A DNA stretch of 64,000 nt from an uncultured bacterium (GTDB taxonomy: Bacteria > Acidobacteriota > JAQAZP01), in NCBI GenBank assembly GCA_965531145.1, contig CBESOE010000004.1:24912-88911 (forward strand), written 5' to 3'. A program made the translations under genes and the position numbers. This document shows, piece by piece, positions 36,001-43,158 of the stretch. Position 1 is the first letter of the stretch; each line of letters begins with the position of its first letter. A model generated the notes under the pieces. That model made no database searches, was not told the origin of the DNA, and was given only the letters and a program-made list of their open reading frames with translations.

Positions 36001-36454
36001 CGCTCACCTCGAACCGGCTCTCGCCCTCCCCGCCCAGCACAACGAGACGGCCGCCGGAGATCCCCAGCCGCCCCACCTCCACACTGGCCGGTTCCTCTCG
36101 GTCCGGCGGCGGCTCTTCACTCCCCCGCACCACGGCCACGACACCCTCCAGGACAAGCTCCTCGAAGCGGTTGTCGAGAATATCCCCAAGGCTGCCGGTG
36201 ACGATGAGCCGCTCCACTTCCAGCGATTCGAGCCAGGTGTATGAGTGTGCCCGACGCAGGTGGAGATCGTGGAGGATAAAGGTCCGCCGGTCATGCAGTT
36301 CCAGCCGGCCCAGATCGACATTGGCGTCCAGGGCCCGGGCCAGTGCCGACCGGACCTGGCGGCGGGGCCAGTCGCGGGCCAGCCAGACGGTGAGGGCCGC
36401 CGCCAGCACCATGGCCAGGACGATCCAGATCAGGATGCGGTACCGCTTTTTCAT
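33044..36454 (-). CDS. AsmA-family, YdbH-like large inner-membrane-anchored protein (candidate intermembrane lipid-transfer protein)
   Basis: 1136 aa; N-terminal TM anchor MKKRYRILIWIVLAMVLAAALTVWLA; long beta-rich periplasmic region; located immediately upstream of the YnbE/YdbL-like gene (ydbH-ynbE-ydbL synteny). Confidence 0.6.
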   Translation of the reverse strand: MKKRYRILIWIVLAMVLAAALTVWLARDWPRRQVRSALARALDANVDLGRLELHDRRTFILHDLHLRRAHSYTWLESLEVERLIVTGSLGDILDNRFEELVLEGVVAVVRGSEEPPPDREEPASVEVGRLGISGGRLVVLGGEGESRFEVSGEVTGLGQGLGGEVRLRAGQLALVPLLSFLAGAEDVAGFVEDTPLDLHRPVADVEIDVRFDPPDAAATLQARAGGEIGFRDPDRQPLAFPGFSLRLLEGSDGAWLYTVDADAPGLASLVIEGGMAADGRDMRIENATVETGDPVRLLFALGLAPEGVTGGGRAELTLERAPTGGAPLCRLEARAEALTLLRGGQNRPDGDKWQLDSLCPLDLTYQGTLEQVTESGDWLTAGRALLTSASAGDLHADGSLMLGGASENRLAAEWNWTGPSIPDLRRLAATGFGFNISKRYRLDGLPRAAGRISGTLDEPLVEGTVDVDGVDFCLESARGQACPLTLNGGTLAADFRFEERNNLRFPGVRLGGDLQPKPLSVLPLILSGSGWIDPVSLQGRFEIGTATWGDLVTISGDGRWNPDEEPQVTAALRLDQADLPAIRRALVPLTGELLPGYELEATLSGRGDAAYSEKDGWTAAGTMEMGQAWFASEDGARAVQGLASSWQVQAEAGADSSLRVEASTTAGGFQLLWDSLFGDFGELEPQVSLAAGLEGEGDRAGHWWAEGDLQPVPGLRLRASFSGSEEPDRRFSASLGVDDLASAYESCVRRPLGDSLPLLVRLDAGGRINVFAEGHLDGEGAALQGRVRLDGLDLTGEERTMAVRGLDLELPLDLVWGPPGEDGVRPVDGAARHGRMGFDELKLDAVTVQRTDSDLVVQGDTVSLEASQSLPLLGGTVTFQRLTLAGLLGHSRYLETGLTIDGLQLGELSRAMDWPLFEGELDGHLPRVELSPTRLRVDGGGEMALFGGKVIISDISGEEVLSRYPRLSFSAEFSEIDLVQVTRTFDFGAISGILEGRVSNCRLFAGTPVGFRAEMRTVPRKGVAQTINVKAINNIAIVGTGGRITVFDRGLHSLLDRYTYEQLGVKMRLEKDMFYLRGTESRGDKELFLKGRLPFRIDVVNAEPGKTVSFSTMLARFQSIDFSESVTSTGGDGRER

Positions 36455-36473
36455 CGGACGATTCCGATTGGTG

Positions 36474-36563
36474 GTGAAAAAAATGGGGTCAGGTACTTTT
36501 CATTTTCATTGCCGCGCTATCCTGAAGAGATGAAAATGAAAAGTACCTGACCCCATTTTTTTC
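36474..36563. terminator. Perfect 35-bp inverted repeat, 20-bp spacer, AT-rich, flanked by A7/T7: bidirectional intrinsic terminator or MITE/REP-like element
   Basis: TGAAAAAAATGGGGTCAGGTACTTTTCATTTTCAT (36474-36508) ... ATGAAAATGAAAAGTACCTGACCCCATTTTTTTCA (36529-36563); GC-rich core stem GGGGTCAGGTAC/GTACCTGACCCC. Lies between the nth stop and the ydbH-like start. Confidence 0.6.
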
Positions 36564-36564
36564 A

Positions 36565-37236
36565 TCATTGCTCCGCCGAGGGGCAGATATCGGCAAGAGT
36601 ACACTGGCCGCATTTCGGTTTGCGTGAGGGGCAGACAGCGCGGCCATGGTCGATGAGCAGGTGGCTGAGCAGGGTCCAGTCCTTGCGGGGAAACAGGGGC
36701 ATCAGGTCCTGTTCGATCTTCTCCGGGCTGCTCTGGCTGCTGAACCCCAGGCGGCCGCTGAGCCGCTTGACGTGGGTGTCCACCACCACACCAATGTTCT
36801 TGCCGAAGGCGTTGCCCAGCACCACGTTGGCGGTCTTTCTCGCCACCCCCCGGAAAGCGGTGAGTTCCTCCATGGTCCGGGGTACCTCGCCACCGTGCTG
36901 CTCGACGATGGCCCGGCTGCAGGCGATCAGCGAAGCCGCCTTGTTGCGGTAGAAACCGGTGGGACGGATCAGTGCCTCCAGTTTTTCCTGATCGGCCCGG
37001 GCCATGGCCGGCGCGTCGGGGTAGGCCGCAAAGAGGGCCGGGGTCACCTTGTTCACCATCACGTCGGTGCACTGGGCGGAGAGGATGGTGGCCGCCAGCA
37101 GACGGAAGGGGCCGTCGTGGACCAGACCGCAGGCGGAATCGGGATAGGCCTTTTTCAACCGCCGCAGGGCCAGGCTGGCGCGGCGGTCTGCCGGGGAACC
37201 GCTGTGGGTCTTCGGTTTACGTGCGGCCATGCTCAC
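36565..37236 (-). CDS. nth: Endonuclease III (DNA glycosylase/AP lyase)
   Basis: HhH-GPD motif ...LVHDGPFRLLAATILSAQCTDVMVNKVTPALF... and C-terminal [4Fe-4S] cluster CPSRKPKCGQCTLADIC. Confidence 0.9.
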   Translation of the reverse strand: MSMAARKPKTHSGSPADRRASLALRRLKKAYPDSACGLVHDGPFRLLAATILSAQCTDVMVNKVTPALFAAYPDAPAMARADQEKLEALIRPTGFYRNKAASLIACSRAIVEQHGGEVPRTMEELTAFRGVARKTANVVLGNAFGKNIGVVVDTHVKRLSGRLGFSSQSSPEKIEQDLMPLFPRKDWTLLSHLLIDHGRAVCPSRKPKCGQCTLADICPSAEQ

Positions 37237-38057
37237 CCGAGGATCGAATAGCCGCCGTCCACGATAATGGTCTGGCCCACGATCTGGTCGGTGCAGCGGT
37301 TGCAGAGAAAGAGGATCACGTCGGCCACGTCATCGGGGGTGGTGAGCCGGCCGGACGGAGTTCGCTCCTTGGCACTCCCGATCAGCTCGTCCCGGTTGGG
37401 GAAATGCTTCAGCGCATCGGTGTCCACCACACCGGCGGAGACGCAGTTGACCCGCACGCCCCTGGGGGCCAGTTCCACGGCCAGGTGGCGGACCAGCGAC
37501 TCCAGTGCGGCCTTGGAAGCACCCACCGCCGTGTAGTTGGGCAGGGCGCGGATGGCACCGAGGGAGGAGACGGCAATGATGTGGCCCCGGCGGCCTTCCA
37601 TCAGCGGCACGGCATGACGGGCCAGGGGGATCATGGTGCCGGCGTTGATATCCATGGTCCAGTGCCAGTGGCGCTCGGTGAGTTCCAGGGCCGGTTTGAG
37701 CACCCCCGAAGCGGCGTTGGAGACCAGGATGTCCAGCTGGCCGAACTCCTCCCTGATCTGCCGGAACATGTCGGCCACGGCCTTCTCGTTGGCCACGTTG
37801 GCCTTGACGATCAGGGCCTTCATCCCGGCCGCCCTGACTTCCTCGGCCACTTCCTCGGCGGCCTTGCGCTGACGAAAGTAATTGACCACGATATGGCAAT
37901 TGGCCTTGGCCAACCGCACGGCGATGGCGCGGCCGATCCCCCGGCTGCCGCCGGTGATCAGGGCCACCCGGCCGTGCTGGTGCAGCCCGCACCCCCCGCT
38001 TTCGCAATCCCTGGATACTGATTTCACCTGCCACCCCCTTGAGATCACCCGGACCAC
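37233..38057 (-). CDS. SDR family NAD(P)-dependent oxidoreductase (FabG/FabL-like)
   Basis: Cofactor motif ALITGGSRGIGRAIA; NAASG; catalytic YTAVGASKAAL (YxxxK). 4-bp overlap with nth. True start may lie downstream of the track ATG. Confidence 0.8.
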   Translation of the reverse strand: MVRVISRGWQVKSVSRDCESGGCGLHQHGRVALITGGSRGIGRAIAVRLAKANCHIVVNYFRQRKAAEEVAEEVRAAGMKALIVKANVANEKAVADMFRQIREEFGQLDILVSNAASGVLKPALELTERHWHWTMDINAGTMIPLARHAVPLMEGRRGHIIAVSSLGAIRALPNYTAVGASKAALESLVRHLAVELAPRGVRVNCVSAGVVDTDALKHFPNRDELIGSAKERTPSGRLTTPDDVADVILFLCNRCTDQIVGQTIIVDGGYSILG

Positions 38058-38183
38058 CGCTGCCGATATCCGTCCGGTATTCTGTTCTATATGTAACGTA
38101 CGTATGGATTGGCACCCCTATTGTAGCCGATTTACCGCTGGATGCCAGCCTGCCGGAGGGAAGAAACCAGGGCTCAAAATCTC

Positions 38184-38224
38184 TTGACAGGGGCAGGACC
38201 CTTCAGTATTCTTAGCCGTCTAAA
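38184..38224 (+). promoter_or_regulatory. feoA promoter (TTGACA...TATTCT) with an overlapping TTAG-N5-CTAA iron-box-like operator
   Basis: TTGACA at 38184-38189, -10-like TATTCT ~17 bp downstream, then TTCTTAGCCGTCTAAAATAATG (38210-38231). Near-identical motif context at the dtxR-family promoter (42222-42243). Confidence 0.4.
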
Positions 38225-38306
38225 ATAATGTTTGGGGGGTCTAAGTCGGGGACAATCCGGCCGATAAGTAAAGAGAGTCGGATATGTCACCAACGGAGGA
38301 GCCGGG

Positions 38307-38597
38307 ATGAAAGGGCGTCGTCAAAAGCACCAGCGCGGCGGCTGCGGCAAGGGGCTGAAAGGTCCCGATATCCCGCTCGATACGATCCGGGTTTCCCAGG
38401 AAGCGGTGATCACCTCTTTCGACGCCCTCAACGGCGAGGCCGCACGGCTTCGCGACCTGGGGATTCGGGAGGGAAGCCGGGTGCGCATCATCCTCAGCAG
38501 CCCTAACCAGATGATCGTGGCCGTTGACCAGGCGCGTGTCGGGCTGCCCAAGAAGGTGGCCAGCCTGGTGCTGGTGCGCCAGGTCACACCGGCCTGA
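38307..38597 (+). CDS. feoA: Ferrous iron transport protein A (FeoA family)
   Basis: SH3-like FeoA pattern ...LDALNGEAARLRDLGIREGSRVRIILSSPNQMIVAVDQARVGL...; GGAGGAG RBS; directly upstream of feoB. Confidence 0.75.
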   Translation: MKGRRQKHQRGGCGKGLKGPDIPLDTIRVSQEAVITSFDALNGEAARLRDLGIREGSRVRIILSSPNQMIVAVDQARVGLPKKVASLVLVRQVTPA

Positions 38598-38642
38598 TCC
38601 CCCGCCCGCCTGTATAGACCGGTTTCACCACGAAACAGGAAG

Positions 38643-40922
38643 ATGTTCGACAAACCCAACCGGCCCAGGGACCAGCACACCGGCAGCGACGTGCCGCCCG
38701 GTACCGATACCGCCCGGGAGGGGGGCGCCTTTCTGGTGGCCATCGCCGGGAACCCCAACGTGGGCAAGACCACGGTCTTCAACCAGCTCACCGGTATGCG
38801 GCAGAAGGTGGGCAATTACCCTGGAATTACCGTCGAACGAAAGACCGGTTACCTCACCGCCCCGGACGGCCGGCGGATCGAGGTGGTTGACGTGCCCGGC
38901 ACGTACAACCTCCACCCCAAGGCGCTGGACGAAGAGGTGGCCTACCGGGTGCTCATCGGGGCCATCGAAGGGGGCCGGGCGCCCGATCTGGCGGTCTGTG
39001 TCGTGGACGCGGCCAACCTGGAGCGAAACCTCTACCTCGTCTGCCAGATCCTCGACCTCGGGTTGCCCACCGTGGTGGCGCTGAACATGATGGACGCGGC
39101 CGAAGGGGCCGGGCTGAAGATCAACGTGGAGCGGTTGAGCCGTGAACTGCGGGTTCCGGTGATTCCCATGGTGGCCTCCAGGGGAACCGGTATTGCCGAG
39201 TTGAAAGATGCGGTGACCGGGTCGCCGCCGGCCTGCCCGCCACGGCGGTGGCACCTGGAACCGCAGGTGCAGCAGGAGGTCGATGCCCTGGCCGACCGCC
39301 TGGGCCGCGAGCTGCCCGATCTGACCGAACCCCAGCGTTTTGTCGACGCGTTGCGCGCGGTGGCCCACGAGGGGGCCGCCTTCTTCGAGACCCACCACGA
39401 CCAGGCCTTCTGGGAAGAGGTGAAGCGGGCCCGCGCCCGGCTGGAACAGGCCGGGGTGGCCTTTGAGCAGGCCGGGGTCAGCGGCCGCTACGCCTGGCTG
39501 TCACCGCTGGTCAGCAAGGTGGTCCGTCACCGCCGCGCCCCACGGCTCACCGGCAGCGACCGGGTGGACGCGGTGGTGACCCACCCGGTGGCGGGGCCGC
39601 TGATCTTCCTCCTGCTGCTGATGCTGATCTTCCAGTCGGTGTTCACCGCCGCCGTGCCGTTGATGGACGGCATCGATTTCGGGGTGAGCGCCATCAGCGA
39701 GTGGCTGGAACGGGTCCTCCCCGCCGGCATGCTGACCAGTCTGCTGGTGGACGGGGTGGTGGCCGGATTCGGAGCGGTGGTGATCTTCCTGCCCCAGATT
39801 CTGATCCTCTTCTTCTTCCTCGGACTGATGGAGGACAGCGGCTACATGGCCCGGGCCGCCTTTATCATGGATCGGCTGATGCGGCGGTTCGGGATGAGCG
39901 GCCGCTCGGTGGTCCCCCTGGTCAGCTCCTTTGCCTGCGCCGTGCCGGGGATCATGGCCACCCGGAACATCGAAAACCACCGCGACCGGCTGGTGACCAT
40001 CCTGGTGGCGCCGCTGCTCACCTGCTCGGCTCGCCTGCCGGTCTACACGCTGCTCATCGGCGCCTTTGTCCCCCAGGCCTACTTCCTCGGCATCTTCGGC
40101 TACCAGGGCTCGGTACTGCTGAGCCTCTACCTGATGGGGATATTCTTCGCCGTGCTGGCCGGCGCCATCCTGCGCCGCTTCGTGCTCCGCGGCGAGCACA
40201 CGCCCTTCATCATCGAGTTGCCCCCCTACCGGGCGCCCCGGCTCCGCGACGTCCTGTTCCAGATGATGGAACGGGCCTGGCTCTTTGTCACCCGCGCCGG
40301 TGCCATCATCGTCTCCATCAGTATCGTCCTCTGGTTCCTGGCCAGCTTCCCCGACCCGGGGAGCAAGCCGGGCCTGGAAGCGGCACGGGAGCAGTTGCTC
40401 TCGGCCCGCCAGGCGCAGAACGGGCCGGTCACCGATGCTGAAGCGACGGAGCTGGCGGCAGCGCTGGCCGGCCTTGACGGTGAGGAAGCTCGCTACCGGG
40501 TGGCCCACAGTTACATCGGCCGCATGGGGCGGCTGATCGAACCGGTGATCGCACCGCTGGGATTCGACTGGAAAATCGGCGTGGCCCTGATCTCCAGCTT
40601 CGCCGCCCGGGAGGTGGCGGTGAGCGCCCTGGGCACCATCTACAGCATCCAGGACGCGGACGAGGGGAGCGAGAGCCTGCGCGAACGGATCCGCAACGAC
40701 GTCAACCCGCGCACCGGCAAACCGGTGTTCACCCCGCTGGTGGCCTTCAGCCTGATGATCTTCTACGTTCTGGCCTGCCTCTGCATGAGCACCCTGGCCA
40801 TCGTCAAACGCGAGACCAACAGCTGGCGCTGGCCGCTGTTCATGCTCGGCTACATGACCGTGCTGGCCTACGTCGCCTCACTGGTCACCTTCCAGGGCGG
40901 CCGGCTGCTGGGATGGGGATAG
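38643..40922 (+). CDS. feoB: Ferrous iron transporter FeoB (G-protein domain plus polytopic membrane domain)
   Basis: G1 motif VAIAGNPNVGKTTVFNQLTG; G2/G3 ...DVPGTYNL...; gate motifs and 8+ TM helices in the C-terminal region; 759 aa. Confidence 0.95.
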   Translation: MFDKPNRPRDQHTGSDVPPGTDTAREGGAFLVAIAGNPNVGKTTVFNQLTGMRQKVGNYPGITVERKTGYLTAPDGRRIEVVDVPGTYNLHPKALDEEVAYRVLIGAIEGGRAPDLAVCVVDAANLERNLYLVCQILDLGLPTVVALNMMDAAEGAGLKINVERLSRELRVPVIPMVASRGTGIAELKDAVTGSPPACPPRRWHLEPQVQQEVDALADRLGRELPDLTEPQRFVDALRAVAHEGAAFFETHHDQAFWEEVKRARARLEQAGVAFEQAGVSGRYAWLSPLVSKVVRHRRAPRLTGSDRVDAVVTHPVAGPLIFLLLLMLIFQSVFTAAVPLMDGIDFGVSAISEWLERVLPAGMLTSLLVDGVVAGFGAVVIFLPQILILFFFLGLMEDSGYMARAAFIMDRLMRRFGMSGRSVVPLVSSFACAVPGIMATRNIENHRDRLVTILVAPLLTCSARLPVYTLLIGAFVPQAYFLGIFGYQGSVLLSLYLMGIFFAVLAGAILRRFVLRGEHTPFIIELPPYRAPRLRDVLFQMMERAWLFVTRAGAIIVSISIVLWFLASFPDPGSKPGLEAAREQLLSARQAQNGPVTDAEATELAAALAGLDGEEARYRVAHSYIGRMGRLIEPVIAPLGFDWKIGVALISSFAAREVAVSALGTIYSIQDADEGSESLRERIRNDVNPRTGKPVFTPLVAFSLMIFYVLACLCMSTLAIVKRETNSWRWPLFMLGYMTVLAYVASLVTFQGGRLLGWG

Positions 40923-41143
40923 GTGTAACAATGGACCTGCAGTTTCTTGCCGTGCTGGTCATCGTGGCCCTGGCCGCTCTCTACGCCGGCTGGCGTTTCC
41001 TGCGGCAGTTCTTCCGGGCGGACGACGAAGCGGCGGCCTGCGCCAAATGCCCTGCAGCCCAGCCCGATTTCTTCAGCGCTACCGGCGGTGAAGCACCAGC
41101 ACCGTCGAGTGACGAGCCACCGTCAGACGAGCCCCGGCCGTGA
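40913..41143 (+). CDS. FeoB-associated Cys-rich small membrane protein
   Basis: Overlaps the feoB stop; single TM LAVLVIVALAALYAGW followed by the Cys motif CAKCPAA; the likely true start is MDLQF at 40931. Confidence 0.55.
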   Translation: MGIGVTMDLQFLAVLVIVALAALYAGWRFLRQFFRADDEAAACAKCPAAQPDFFSATGGEAPAPSSDEPPSDEPRP

Positions 41144-42096
41144 ATCCCGCATCGCCCAGCCAGCCGAGCACCTCTTCCTCACTGTAGGACCGGCCATCTT
41201 CGGTGCCCACCAGCATGTTGATGCTGAACACCGCCGGCCAGAGCGGGCCGGTGCGGTCCTTCTCCACGAAAAAGTCCTTGAGGATCAGCCGCCCCTCCGG
41301 CTCCAGCGACCGGTGGATCCGGCCAAACAGGCCCTTGTTCTCTTCCGGCCCCAGAGAGTGGATGATGTTGGAGAGCAGCGCCAGCTGGTTGCCGCCCGGC
41401 AGCTCGTCGCCCAGGTAATCCCCACCCACGGCACTGACCCGCTCCCCGAGGCCGCGGGCCGCAATCTGTTCCCCGGCGATGGGCACCACCTCGGGCAGGT
41501 CGAAGACCACGGCGTGGAGTTCCGGATTGTACTCGGCGAACTGCAGGGCATAGGTACCCGGACCGCCACCCACATCGAGCATGGTCATGGGTCCCCGGGG
41601 GTCGAGGGCCCGCACCAGTTCCCGGGCACCCTGGGCGCCGATGTTGGCCATACCGAGGATGAAGTCCCGCCGCGCCCCCTCATCCTCACGGGCACCGGGC
41701 ACGTCCACCCGTGGCACCGGCCGGCCGCTGATCACCACGTCGGTGAGCTTTGACCAGCGGTGCCACAGCCGCTCGTGGTGGCCGAGGATATCCCCCACAT
41801 AGTAAGGGCCGCCGGGAACCAGGTAGTCTTCACGGCCGGGTGAGACACGGTAGCGCCCCCCCTCCTTGGCCACGAACCCCATGGCGCAGAGGGCATCGAG
41901 CAGCATGGCACAGGCCCGCGGGTCGGCACCCGCCGCCCCGGCCACTTCTCCGGCCTCCACCGGTCCCTGCTCTCCGAGAATGCCGAACAGGCCGAGACGG
42001 ATCGCGGTGAGCAGAATACGGGATTCCATATACTTCGAGCCGACGGAGGTGATGGCCTCGATGTCGAGACGTGCTTTGTGACTGGTCATATCCATC
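41079..42096 (-). CDS. Class I SAM-dependent O-methyltransferase (COMT/CrtF-like)
   Basis: Start at MDMTSHK inside track ORF 41079..42233. SAM motif MLDVGGGPGTYALQFAEYNPELHAVVFDLPEV; dimerisation-type N-terminal winged helix. Confidence 0.8.
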
Positions 42097-42195
42097 TCCC
42101 ATCCTGAATGTCGTTTTGAACGAGACAACTGACAGTACCCGCTCCGGATTTCAAAGGCAATACCAGCCGGCCATCCTCCCCCGGACCTTCCGTTC

Positions 42196-42240
42196 TTGAC
42201 AATTATCGTGATGGATGTATATTTCTTAGGCAAGCCTTAA
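42196..42240 (+). promoter_or_regulatory. DtxR-family gene promoter (TTGACA-N16-TATATT) with an overlapping imperfect palindrome TTAGGCAAGCCTTAA (candidate autoregulatory iron-box)
   Basis: TTGACA 42196-42201; TATATT 42218-42223; TTAGGC/GCCTTAA inverted repeat 42226-42240, resembling the TTAGGTTAGCCTAACCTAA DtxR/IdeR box. Confidence 0.45.
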
Positions 42241-42270
42241 AATGTTGGGGAGATTTGCCGGAGGATCGCC

Positions 42271-42774
42271 ATGGCCAGGGAAGAATCACTCAGTGCCAGC
42301 CTCGAAGACTACCTGGAGGCCATCTTCCTCATCATTGCCGAAAAAAAGGTGGCCCGGTCCAAGGACATCACCAAAAAACTGGGGGTGAGCGGGGCCTCGG
42401 TCACCGGTGCTCTGCGGGCCCTGGGCGAACGCGGCCTGATCAACTACGCCCCCTACGACGTGATCACCCTCACCGACCACGGCGAGGAACTGGCCCGGAA
42501 CATCGTCCTGCGCCACGATACGTTGAAGAACTTCTTCCACAAGATCCTCTTCATCGACGAGGCCGAAGCGGAACGCTCCGCCTGCGAAATGGAGCACTCC
42601 CTCTCCCGCCCCATCCTGCACCGCATGGTTTCCTTCATCGAGTTCATGGAGAACTGCCCGCTGGCCGGCGTGGAGTGGGCCGAGGGCATCGGCTTCCGCT
42701 GCTCCCACGGCGAGAGGATCGAAAACTGCCAGCGCTGTCAGGAAGAGTGGAAGGAAAAGGAACCGGACGCCTGA
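42271..42774 (+). CDS. DtxR/IdeR/MntR family metal-dependent transcriptional repressor
   Basis: N-terminal HTH (LEDYLEAIFLIIAEKKVARSKDITKKLGVSGASVTGALRALGERGLI); metal-binding and dimerisation region (...DEAEAERSACEMEHSL...); 167 aa; divergent from the OMT gene, next to feoAB. Confidence 0.85.
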   Translation: MAREESLSASLEDYLEAIFLIIAEKKVARSKDITKKLGVSGASVTGALRALGERGLINYAPYDVITLTDHGEELARNIVLRHDTLKNFFHKILFIDEAEAERSACEMEHSLSRPILHRMVSFIEFMENCPLAGVEWAEGIGFRCSHGERIENCQRCQEEWKEKEPDA

Positions 42775-43158
42775 GTGTACTGCCCCCTCCCTGACCTGCT
42801 CAATCCATCACAGTTTGCTATGGATCAGTGCCCGATTCCGCGTGGACGATGCAGTTCCCGATTGCCGTGCTGCCGGTGATGGTGAATCCCCGAACCAGGA
42901 CCCCGCCGGTGGTCCAGTAAATTCCCGGCTGGCTGCCGCCCTGGCAGTCGATGGTGCAGGCGGACGGGCCATCCTTCAACCGGAGGGTGATGCGGCGGAG
43001 AGCAACAGGCAGAGGGCGGACAAGAAAATCACGAACCGGATCATGGTGGCTGTCTCCTCTGATGAATACGGATGAGAGCACACCGGTAGAGCACGGCGTA
43101 TCGATATCATTGACTTCAATATAGGTGGATTTTCAGGATTCGGCAACCAGAGCCCGGC

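Noticed and set aside
34910-36244. 444-aa + strand ORF
   Set aside because: Antisense to the ydbH-like gene.
41079-41143. 65-bp convergent overlap between the FeoB-associated small gene and the O-methyltransferase gene
   Set aside because: Probably a real convergent overlap or slight over-extension of one ORF; not evidence of a distinct feature.
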